The position numbers were made by a program, and so were the translations under genes. This document shows positions 50,358-60,565 of a DNA stretch of 64,000 nucleotides, piece after piece. Positions within the stretch are counted from its first letter, which is position 1. Every line of letters starts with the position of its first letter. The stretch covers positions 5,323,223-5,387,222 of the forward strand of contig NC_057752.1 in the NCBI RefSeq assembly GCF_004010195.1, read 5' to 3'. The notes under the pieces were generated by a model. That model ran no database searches. It worked only from the letters and a program-made list of their open reading frames with translations, and was not told the origin of the DNA. This DNA is from Chiloscyllium plagiosum (Eukaryota).

Positions 50358-50539
50358 ATTACAAAAGTTATGTTGAGCAAAGGGTGGCGTTGCTTGGAAT
50401 GTATCGTATGTGAAGCATGTGGAAAAGCTTCTGATCCTGCTCGTTTATTGTTATGTGATGACTGTGATATAAGTTACCACACGTATTGCCTGGATCCACC
50501 ATTGCAAACTGTTCCAAAGGGTGGGTGGAAATGCAAGTG
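50358..50539 (+). CDS. KMT2D: KMT2D coding exon 15 ([18 protein letters not shown]...GGWKCK)
   Basis: cttgcag acceptor, tg|gtgagt donor, 182 nt. Confidence 0.97.
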
Positions 50540-51339
50540 GTGAGTGCAAAATTCAATTGTGTATGACCTGACACCAGGATTGGGAAATTTTGTTTTTATT
50601 TGTTTTTTTTTTGCTTTTAGCAATGATCTTTTTCTTCTTCCCCCAGAACCAAGGTGCCTTTGTTCAGTAAGGTTTTAGTGATATCAAGTTATTGTCCATT
50701 TTCTCACTCTAGTGATCGTTTTTTGCGCTTGCCCCTCTTTTTGAGTTTTCGTGCAGTCAGGCAGCTTGCCATCCAATTAGTTAGTCTTCAAACTTGATGT
50801 ATGAACACCGATATGGTTAGTTGAGCAATATTTGTGTTATTCCCCCGTCCCTGTACTGATCAAAAGATCAGAGTGTTGTCATTGTTTTTTTCACCTTTGT
50901 TGTTTTGTTGACTAACTCAGCATTTGACTGTTGGATGTAACCGAGTATCATCTTGTCTGTGACTTGGTTTGCTTTCTTGGTGAATGTTTTTGAATCATTG
51001 GAGGAACTATACAATTTTTACATTCACAGTTTGCTTTCCTTTTCATTTCATTGCTAGTCTTTTTAACTTATTAAAAAGTAATATTCACTTTTTAATATAT
51101 ATCTTCTCTTTTTAAGCCTTTATCATTTTACCACCTCCTTGCTCTTGTGAAACATTTTATAAGTAGGACTAACTTCTGTTAAATTGGCTGGATTGGCTAA
51201 AAATGGCTTGAAGGGCCAATTGAAAACATTGTAATGAAGAGCATGCATATTGTTGGAAGGATTTAGATCTGAAACAAAGTGTTCTATCCATGTTGCAGGT
51301 ATTTTTTTAAAAAAAAGGTTGCAGTTCTTCCAATTGTTT

Positions 51340-52310
51340 CTAAAGCAGTTTTCTTCAGAAAATGCTTGAAATTATGAGATGGTGCACTTTGAAAAGAATG
51401 TGGCGAGAGAATTCATGCTAATTTTTAAAGGGGGTGCAAGCCGAGGGTGACTTGGGGATGCTTGTACATGTTTATTGTGATAAGGACAGGCTAACAAAAC
51501 ACCATGTGGGATTATAGATTTCATAAATAGAAGCATAAAAGGTAAAAGCTAAAGTTCTGCTGGGCCTATTTTAAGCTAAAATGATGTGGCCCAGCTGGAA
51601 TGTTGTATTTGATTTTGAACACCATACTTTTTAGAACAGATATAAAGGCTTTGGACAGAGTACAGCAAAGATCTAAGAGAGTGGTTACAGTGATGATGCA
51701 TTATAGTTACATAAGGACTGGATCAGCTGGTGTTGCTGTCCTTAGAGCAGACAAGGCTAAAGGAAAGCAAAAGACTGCAGATGCTTCAAATCTGAAGCAA
51801 ACACAGATTTCTGGCAGCATCTGTGGAGAGAGAAACAGAATTAACATTGAGAGTCTAGTATGGCTTATGGCTATACCAGACTCGAAACATTAAATCTGTT
51901 TCTCTGCTCAAATGATGCCAGATCTTCTGAGTTTCTCTATTTTCTGCATTCATTTTAAGACAAGGGAAGACTTGTTAGAGGCTTAAAATCAAAGTATTCT
52001 GAGAGTTAATAAAGAGCGCCTGTTTCCAGTGTTGTTCCGTCTGTTGCACAGCTTTAAGACAATTGGCAAAAGAACCAGAGGCAATGTTAGGAAAATCTTT
52101 TACAAATCAAGTGGATTTGGGTTGAACTGTTTGGGTGGTGATACACATTCAATAATGGCCTTCAGAGGGGTATTGGTGAAAAGATGAGAGGAAAGAAAAC
52201 ATGCAGGTGAATGGAGGAAGAGCAGTAGAGTGGACATAACTGGATTGTATTTTAAAAGAGCTGGCACAGGCTCAGTGGACTGAATGTGTTCCTATACTGT
52301 ATTATTCTTC
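51340..52310 (+). mobile_element. Old CR1 3' portion with a palindromic Penelope-like insert at about 51767-51955
   Basis: DIKALDRVQQR remnant; insert arms ggcagcatctgtggagagagaaacagaattaac and ttaaatctgtttctctgctcaaatgatgcc. Confidence 0.7.
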
Positions 52311-52833
52311 GATTGTATCACTTTGCAAGTAAGTTAAGGGTTCTCTTGTTTAAAGTCAATCTTGTGATGTACAGAGGATTTTTATCCAACTAGGGGCGTG
52401 GGAAAGGAAAAAACCCTTCTATTTTATATTATAACAATGAGAGAAAAAAAGTGTTTCTGTTTTTTTAATTTCTAAATTTTGTTCATCCATCAGATGTAGG
52501 TGCCGTTGGCTGTGTGATGGCAAGCTGCTGCCTGGCACCTGCAGTCCATTCAGTGTAGATAGACTCTCAATATTATTAGGGAGGGAGCTCCAGGGGTTTG
52601 AGCCTCTAACACTGAAGGAACAGTGTGTTTCCAAGTCAGTATGATGAGTGGCTTGGAGGGGAACTTGCAGTGGTTGTTTGCCCATGCATCTGCTGCTGCT
52701 GTTTTTCGAGATGGTAGTGATCAGGGGTTTGAAGATGCTGTCATAGGAATCTTGGTGAATTTGATATCATAAATGAAGTATCTATAAAACTTTCTGTATG
52801 CTGCAATAACATAAAGCCAAACTTGTCTTTCAG

Positions 52834-52998
52834 GTGTGTTTGCTGTACACAGTGTGGTGCCACAACACCTGGTTTTCACTGTGAGTGGCAGAATAACTAC
52901 ACTCACTGTGCACCTTGTGGCAGCCTTGTTACTTGTCCTAGCTGCAATGAAGACTATGAAGAAGAAGATCTTCTCATACAGTGTCACCACTGTGATCG
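52834..52998 (+). CDS. KMT2D: KMT2D coding exon 16 (WCVCCTQCGATTPGFHCEWQNNYTHC...LLIQCHHCD)
   Basis: tctttcag acceptor, cg|gtaggg donor, 165 nt. Confidence 0.97.
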
Positions 52999-53585
52999 GT
53001 AGGGTAGAGCTCTATCAGTGGTTTTACAAAGTGTTTTGTGATGTTCTCAACTAAATAATTTCATTCTTTCAAGTCCCTAACTTGTTTTATGTTGAATCCT
53101 GTGAAATGTATTTTGCATGAAAGTAATGGCTTTGATCCATCTTTTTACATGAAAAAACAAATTTTTGTAGTTTTCCTTGGATTGTGCTCACATTGCTAAT
53201 TTAGATGCACACTCTAAAGCATTCAGAGCTTAAGTTTTCTGTGACATATCATTATGATAACTGGCTGTTGTGCTTGTAATAAAAGTTTCCATGTAATGCA
53301 GTGACAAATGATTGTCATCCTTTCAGTCCACTTGTGTAAAAGGCCCCTGATCGAGTGCTGGTGGTAACAACAATGCATGTTATTGTTGGTGTGAAAGTCT
53401 ACTTGGGGACTTCTGATCAAAGCTATTCCCAATACCTGTCTGTATCATTGAGCTCAGAGCACAGAATTTATTTGGACTTCAGATTCTTTAAACCTGTTAG
53501 TACTTACACTGATTAAGTAATAAACTTGTGCATCTGTTGTCTGAGTGATGTTTTCATGAATAAAATTAGATGTTGGTTCTTGCAG

Positions 53586-53695
53586 GTGGGTCCATGCCAT
53601 CTGTGAAAATCTCTTCACAGAAGATGAAGTGGAACAAGCAGCAGATGAGGGCTTTGATTGTACTGCATGTGAGCCCTTTGTTGTTCGTCCAATTG
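53586..53695 (+). CDS. KMT2D: KMT2D coding exon 17 (RWVHAICENLFTEDEVEQAADEGFDCTACEP)
   Basis: ttcttgcag acceptor, g|gtgagt donor, 110 nt. Confidence 0.97.
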
Positions 53696-54067
53696 GTGAG
53701 TGATAGCCCACAATCATACGTTAAGGAATGTAGCAATAATCTTCTAGTTAATTTAGAAATAACACTAATTGTACTTTATAAGTAGTGAGATACTATTTTA
53801 TTAATTTGTACCTTAATTTTATTTATGCTTGCAACTGCTACTCTCTTGAACCTCAGCAAGATAGTCAGGCTTCTTTCTTTGAGACCTGCATTAGAGTTTG
53901 TAATATTCAGTGTATAGGACATTATAGTGACAATGTTCTTGCCTTTTGAACAGCTAAGTCTCCAAATTAATCGATTATTTAATGTGTCAGGATTGCATAC
54001 ATTAATGTATCTTAAAATTTAGTTATTTCTGGTACTTGAAATAAAGATTCACAATTCTTATTTGTAG

Positions 54068-54118
54068 TTCGAAGTGAATCCCCCGTCATTGCACCTATCA
54101 TCAAAGTCAAGGATCCAG
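54068..54118 (+). CDS. KMT2D: KMT2D coding exon 18 (VRSESPVIAPIIKVKDP)
   Basis: tttgtag acceptor, cag|gtgagt donor, 51 nt, phase 1-1. KVKDP resembles human KVKEP. Confidence 0.9.
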
Positions 54119-54220
54119 GTGAGTTCTTTGAAAAACTGATTTGATATTATTATATTCTCCCCCTTTTTTTGTTTGTGGAGTATGCTAAATTTATTTTAGA
54201 TTTGATTTATTCGTATGTAG

Positions 54221-54433
54221 AGCCACGGTTTTATAATCACGACGGCGTATGGCTGACAGAGTCGGGCATGTCACAGTTCCGAAGTCTTATACTTTCTCCG
54301 CCGCACAAAAAAGGACCAAAGCCCAAACTAAAGAACAAACCTCCGACACCATGCAGTGAGCCAATGATGGTTAGTGTAGATGGCTCATCTATAGAAATAA
54401 AGAAAGAAGAAGGTGAAGGGGAGGAGGAAAAAG
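54221..54433 (+). CDS. KMT2D: KMT2D coding exon 19 (EPRFYNHDGVWLTESGM...)
   Basis: atgtag acceptor, aag|gtgagg donor (an in-frame alternative donor follows 54412), GVWLTE.GM motif. Confidence 0.9.
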
Positions 54434-56096
54434 GTGAGGAACAGAGGTTGTAAAGCCATAAAGAAAGGCATGCTGCTTTTCCATCTTATTGAAATCTAAT
54501 TTTATGTTGATCAAGTTGTACCGCAGTAAAATTATATACACCTTATTAAAAAACCTGGAAGATTAAATCATATTGTACTTTAATGCTGTGCAGTTCATCT
54601 TTCAAAGCAACTTTTCTTTTGGAATGTGAAGTAACATTACATGAGAGATGTTCTATTTTGCCCTACCATTTATGGAACTTGGTGCGAAGGTTACAACTAA
54701 CCTTCTCTGTACCATTTTTCTTTTGAGAAACTAAATTTTCTTACCTTTTTTGACATTTGTCCTTTTCCAAAAGTTTTGAATTTTATTTTGAGCAACAGCT
54801 GTTGGAAGCTGTTTCAAGTATTGCTTAAAAAAAAACAATGCGGTTGAAACTTTTCCATCTTGCACTTATCAGAACAGACACCAGCACTAATTTCAAAGAG
54901 GACAAAAATTTTATTGTGCATGAAGAAAAAGTGTGTTTGGCTGGTGAGTTGAATCTGACTGGTCAAAGCACTAACATGGAGAATGATTGAGGGAACTACT
55001 GTCTCCCAGTCTTATGTTTAAAATGAAAAAGGCACAATGTCTGAACATGTTTCTTTGCCTGTATGGGGACTGATCCCTGTATATGAGTGTGTAGTTTCTA
55101 GCAAGCCTGACTGATCTTAAATTGGTGCTAATATAATGGACAGTTTTTGTTGAATAATCCAATGGGGATCTCAACTATTAGACATTAGATTGACTTTTCA
55201 AACACTGGCTGGTTGAGTACAGTCAATGGTCTGTCTGTTCTGAGCAGCGAAGGGCATGTGCTGTTTGATACTATCCACCAGTCTCCTTCCATATATTCTG
55301 AAGAGCAATGCCTCAACCAAAACGCGTCAGCTTGCCACTCCATCAGCATCCTTTTCTCATGCTCCTGTTTGAAATATGGCATTCTTGAGTCTGTTCTGGT
55401 AAGTGCAATGGAGAAAATAAGTAATAGCGTGTTCTCTTTTTATAACCATAATCAGGTTCTGTATTACCAAATGACTAGTTAGAAGATAATTGTTGCATAG
55501 TATAGCTCAACAGTACTATTGGGCCCAATTAAATCAGATCTGTTGCATGTTGTTACGCTACGCAATCTAAGTTCAGCTGATAATATCGTACTTGTGGCCA
55601 AGAACATTAACTCTATTGCCTAAGCTTTTGCAAGAAACTGACACTTCAAGTAAAAACATAGCAAAAATAAATGCAATGAACAAATTTAATTAGGCTATTG
55701 AGAAATATCTAATTTTTAAATTTGCTTTCGTTAAATAGTTGCTTTTAATATTAAATTGCATTACTGAAGGAAAAATGGCAAATTCAGTGACTGCATTTTG
55801 TAATGATGCAGTTATAAATGTATTTTCCATTACAAATATGCAGATGCCAATTTGTGATGAAAAGGTGACACTTTGATACCCATGAAATACGCATGGACAT
55901 AAGATTTCAAATGTTTTTTGATATTGATAACTCTGCCTTTATGTGAAATCTGTAAATTGAATATGTTTTCCTTGGAAACATGGAGGAAGAAAGGACACTT
56001 GCAAAGTATTTCAGTGCTGTTTTTTGTTGTAGGTTTAATGGCTTTTGAATTGGACTGAATATAATCATCTGTAATTGGGTTATGATTGTTTTAAAG

Positions 56097-56240
56097 TTGC
56101 CATGGAACCAGGGGAGTGTGATGTAAAATTTGATGCACCTGTCAGCCAGGAGCGAGAGGTGTGCCCAGTGAATGATCCTGTAAAAGCAAGTGAAGAAACT
56201 GAGGAAGGGAAGAAGAGGAAGAGGAAGCCATACAGACCTG
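56097..56240 (+). CDS. KMT2D: KMT2D coding exon 20 (ECDVKFDAPVS...EETEEGKKRKRKPYRP)
   Basis: AAG acceptor (ttttaaag), ctg|gtaggg donor, 144 nt, conserved KKRKRKPYRPG. The 5' boundary is less certain. Confidence 0.9.
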
Positions 56241-56464
56241 GTAGGGAATTTAACAAGTTGCTGAAAGGTCTTTGTCAAAAAATAACACACTTTTGTATGT
56301 TTGGGTTGAAAAGATTGTACTGTATTTTTGGTTTATGGCATTTAACTTCTGCTGTTGAAAGTTCGATTAATTACTCTGGATGGTCCAGTCTATCTTCCAT
56401 TAAACCTTTTTTTCTTCAACTTACAAAACACACTGTATGTAACTGCACTTCTCATGTTTTACAG

Positions 56465-56584
56465 GAATTGGTGGATTTATGGTCCGTCAGAGGCAATCCC
56501 GGACAAAAAATATGAGTAAAACCTCTGGACCACAGCCTGGAGTGTCCACTGAATGTCCAAACACTGAAGGTACCAAAGAAGAAG
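56465..56584 (+). CDS. KMT2D: KMT2D coding exon 21 (GIGGFMVRQRQSRTK...)
   Basis: ttttacag acceptor; donor after 56584 (gtgaat) or the in-frame donor after 56569 (gtacca). Confidence 0.92.
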
Positions 56585-57263
56585 GTGAATTTGCATTTAT
56601 TTGCCATAAAGTTTTAAGTTGCTTGTAAAATTATGAACAACCAAGAATGTAAAAACATTTCTCCAAGTGAACAATCTGTCTCCAAAAGTACTTGGCGCTC
56701 TTTCTAAAATACAAGTTCTTATTAAATCATGTTGATTTCAAAGGTTAACTTTGTGTATTTCGTCAATGTGCAGTTTCCAAGACTGGTGTAAACCTACAAT
56801 GTTAAATATACGATTTACTATTTCAGGGTATTAGTTCTTCTAAACTGACACTACCATTCATTTTTCCTGATCTGGCAGAAACACTTCTGCCTCTTCTCTG
56901 CTCCAAATTGGCTTTTTCTTCCCCTGTTCCTAACTTTTATGTCTCCCAGCCTTTGCTCTGTTTCCCCTGACATTCCTATTGCTCTAAGAGCCCCATCCTC
57001 CATTTGACTTCTTTCTCTTGCAAATTCATGACAACGGAGAGAAAACTTAAAATGTCATAATTCAAAAATTATTTAAGTTCCTTTCATCTGCTAACTGCTA
57101 CACCCTTCCATGACCCATAATCTCTGATAAGAATTGATCACTTTTTTTTAAACAAACTTTATTCTGAACTAAATGTTCCATCCAAGTCTTGTGAAATACA
57201 TTCAGGAGAATTTTCTTGTCTAGTATGTTCATGGGCCAAAGTAAAAGGAGGCACAGCTGGATT

Positions 57264-57507
57264 TGATTAGATTACATTACAGTGTGGAAACTGGCCCTTC
57301 GACCCAACAAGTCCACACTGACCCGCCGAAGCGCAACCCACCCATATCCCTACCCCTACATTTACCTTTACCCCTTACCGAACACTACAGGCAATTTAGT
57401 ATGGCCAATTCACCTGACCTGCACATCTTTGGACTGTGGGAGGAAACCAGAGCACCCGGAGGAAACCCACGCAGACACAGGGAGAACGCGCAAACTCCAC
57501 ACAGTCA
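57264..57507 (-). mobile_element. HE1-like V-SINE, 5'-truncated
   Basis: Reverse complement matches the core and tail of the 24243 copy; tRNA head missing. Confidence 0.9.
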
Positions 57508-58485
57508 TTTGATTCTGGCGAATGATATGAATCAAGTGTCAATGAGGAAACATTAAGGAAACAGTGATCATAGTGTTCCAAAGTTGAGGTCAGCTATGGT
57601 AAAATGACCAGTAGCAATCTAAAATAAATATGAGCACCGTTTACAGTGTGGGTAAGAACAGACCTGTCCCAGGTAAATCTGCACGTGAGTAATTTTGCAA
57701 ACATGGAAGAAAACATTCTGATGCAGAGAATGTTGAAGCTTCATTCTTGGTTGTATTTACTGCCAAGGTTGTGGAATATTTCTGTGTCATAGCACTATTG
57801 TCCTGTCTTAGAACCTTGCCCGAGCTTCTGCAAATAAAATCCATGAGGCCATCCTTTTGATCTTTTTCTGTAGGGTCATGGATTATTCACAAAAAGAAAT
57901 ACTTTAAGTCTTTGTCTGGAGACTATATTATCCATTCCTCCAGTACTGCACTGAAGTGTCAGCTCAGATTAATCTGCCCAAACCCTTGAACCTATCACTT
58001 GAATGAAAGTGCTGCCAATTGAATAGGTTTCTACCGCAACTAGTAAAGTCATTAAAAGTCTGCCCTGGGCTTCCAGAGTCCATGTCCAGCAGCAACATGC
58101 ACCGTGGGAAGTTGGCAGGTCAATTGCAGACCTGCGTGTGTGCACAGTCATGCAGCTTAAAATGGGAATGATCATTATGAATACACTTGCTTTGTTTTCC
58201 ATTGCTGGTTTGCAATATTAACATATCCTCCCCCCTGGCGCCTCTTCTTTGCCCCCCCCCCCCCCTCCCCCCACACTGCTTCTCTCTCTTTTCCCGCCCC
58301 GCTTTTCTCTTTTTTCCCCATTCTTCAATCCTTCCCACCCCAGTGCTTCAACAATGAACCAACATCTGCAATCTTGTGGGCATATCCTCAAAATATTAAA
58401 GTGAAAGCATGTTCATAACAATAACACATTGTTTTCAATTCATACAGTCACTTGTAGGATTTCAACTTTTTTTTTATTCTTGTAG

Positions 58486-58619
58486 GTACTCAGATGGACC
58501 TTTCAGCCGAAGGTGCTGCTGATACGCCTGTAATAGGTGCCGATGTATGCGAAAAGGCAAAGAAACGGCAACGTCGAAAGAAAAGCAAGTTGGAGGATTC
58601 TTTTCCAGCATATCTACAG
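58486..58619 (+). CDS. KMT2D: KMT2D coding exon 22 (...KKRQRRKKSKLEDSFPAYLQ)
   Basis: Long polypyrimidine tract plus tgtag acceptor, cag|gtactg donor, 134 nt. The next expected exon (EAFFGK...) was not found before 64000. Confidence 0.95.
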
Positions 58620-60130
58620 GTACTGGCATTCTGCTTTGCTCATGTATTGGTAGTGCAATTCTGATAACAATTTTTTTTTTACTGACAAGGGTTAACTATT
58701 GTCTTGCTTGAATGCCAAGTTTGTTGCTTAATTTATTTCTACAGAAGTTGTGAATGTGTTTGGTCCCTCAGTCCATTGAGTGTCACATTAGTATTTTATC
58801 ATCGAAAGAAAACCAAGTTTTCTGATCTTATTGAGCAGAAAATACTGTTCAATACTCTTTTGTTTTCTGGATCATAATCATTGATTTTCAGGTGCTTGGG
58901 TGAAAACATATAGGATGCAAACCTCGGGCTGAATGTTTTAATTGCTCAGTGTTTAAAATAGCATTTTTAAAATCATTTCAAAATATAATGTTGCTACTTC
59001 TCCACAAACTGTTGATATTGTTTTTCCAAAGCTCCAGAACAATAGGTATGTTTTGGTGTGTCTCATCCATGGAGTCTAGCTATAATCTTAGACAACTTCA
59101 AGTGGAGGTGTGCAAGCCCAAGACAGACTTTCCCATTTATTCTTCATCTCTGTGCCAATGCACCCAACCTTTGATCAATGCTTTATTGTAATACTGCAGT
59201 TTTGATTCAAGACATGCTATTTGAGTGGTCTGTTCTCCCATTTTATAGTATTGCATTGCATTGCAGTTTTTAAAAGTGACATTTATTTAAATGCAGCTTG
59301 CTGTATAAGTTCAAATTAGGTGATTTGCAAGAATTGGTTTTAAAATACTCAAATGGTAGAGTATGTTCCCATTGCTGCAGATTATTCTTTTGTTTTGGAA
59401 CACTTAAAATTGAGGGAGCAGTCGTTATTTCAAGTGCTGAACTGTTCTCTCACATGTAGAAAAATGATGCTGAAATGAGCACTCAACAATTAATCTTATG
59501 ATTATATGTTTAAATAGTGGAAACAATTGATCACCAGTATTGAGTAATAGATCTGGACATTATTTGAAGGCTGGTTTGGAGCATCTTAGTATAATATGTA
59601 TGATTTTGATTTTACTTTGACCCTTTTACCTTGTTGGGTAATACTAAGGCTGGAAGCAAATGTGTTTGCATTGTGTGTTCATGATGCGTTATGGACACCC
59701 AAGAAGGTGACTGCTTTCTGATTGATGCGAAGGAGCCTGCAATTGTTTCTTGTCCAGTCAGTTTTTCCAAATCCTTTACTGAAACAAGAGTGTTACTGTG
59801 GTCCATGTAAAAAGCCGAATACTTGGTTAACACGTTAATTTCTGTTTTCGACTTTTACTCCTGTATCTTTTGATCTATTTGAGGGGCCAAGTTTGCTTCA
59901 ATTTTGGTTCAATTTAGCTTCAACATTGTAATGTTATGTGATTAATGAGATGTCAAGTTTTGTGAATGTGAGTCAGTTTTCTTCATTTAAGCTTGTCTAC
60001 ATTTTCTTCCTTACTGCTAAGTACTGAAAGTAGAAAGTAACTAATTGCACTTCATAAGGCCTTTCTCCTTCAACAATTCTAGCCACTCATACAGCAGCCA
60101 AAAATCTAACTGTCACAAAAGAGGCCTTGG

Positions 60131-60565
60131 CCAGTTACAATACAGCAGAAGTGATGTATGCTGGGTTGCAAAGCAGCAGAAGGGGGCATTTTCCGGTTGG
60201 CAAAGTGGTGGGAAGTGGCATTTCCAGTTCGCAAAGCGGCAGGCGGCGGCATTTTCTGGGTTGCAAAGCAGTCAGAGACTGCGGTTGCTGATTTGCAAAG
60301 CGGCAGGAGGTAGCGTTTACCAGTTCGCAAAGCAGCAGGAGGTTGCGTTTGCTGGTTTGCAAGATGGCTGCAGAGCTCATGTGCTAGGCTGCAAAGCAGC
60401 GGGGAGGGAGGGGGGTGGGGGGAGATTTGCTGGTTCGCAAAGCAATGGAAGGGGCCTCTTTGCCCAGTCGCAAAGCAATGGAAGGGGCCTCTTGCCAGGT
60501 CGCAAAGCAGCAGAAGCATCTGTTTGCCAGGTTGCAAAGTACCAAGGAGGAGGAGATTGCTAGTC
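60131..60565. repeat. 32-bp minisatellite, about 12-13 diverged units
   Basis: GCAA(AG) anchors at 60168, 60200, 60231, 60263, 60295, 60327, 60359, 60391, 60437, 60470, 60502 and 60534. Confidence 0.9.

Larger units (their letters stand above)
6864..58619 (+). other. KMT2D: KMT2D gene, 5' partial (coding exons 1-22; continues past window end)
   Basis: 22 GT-AG bounded exons join in frame (4014 nt, 1338 codons). Residues favour KMT2D over KMT2C: CNCGEQSLHGQREL, AHHWCAAWS, SGISQ, SGSFQSMK, ITKVML, EQAADEGFDC. Many exon sizes (49,110,163,115,114,105,182,165,110) match my recollection of human KMT2D. Confidence 0.92.

Noticed and set aside
564..58275. G/C homopolymer runs (about 565, 12238, 14577, 18836, 58251) as functional G-quadruplex sites
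   Set aside because: Simple mononucleotide runs of uncertain assembled length, with no supporting context.
6864..58619. Assignment as KMT2C
   Set aside because: Despite the extra PHD, diagnostic residues, the short N-terminus and exon sizes fit KMT2D better. Formal phylogeny is still needed.
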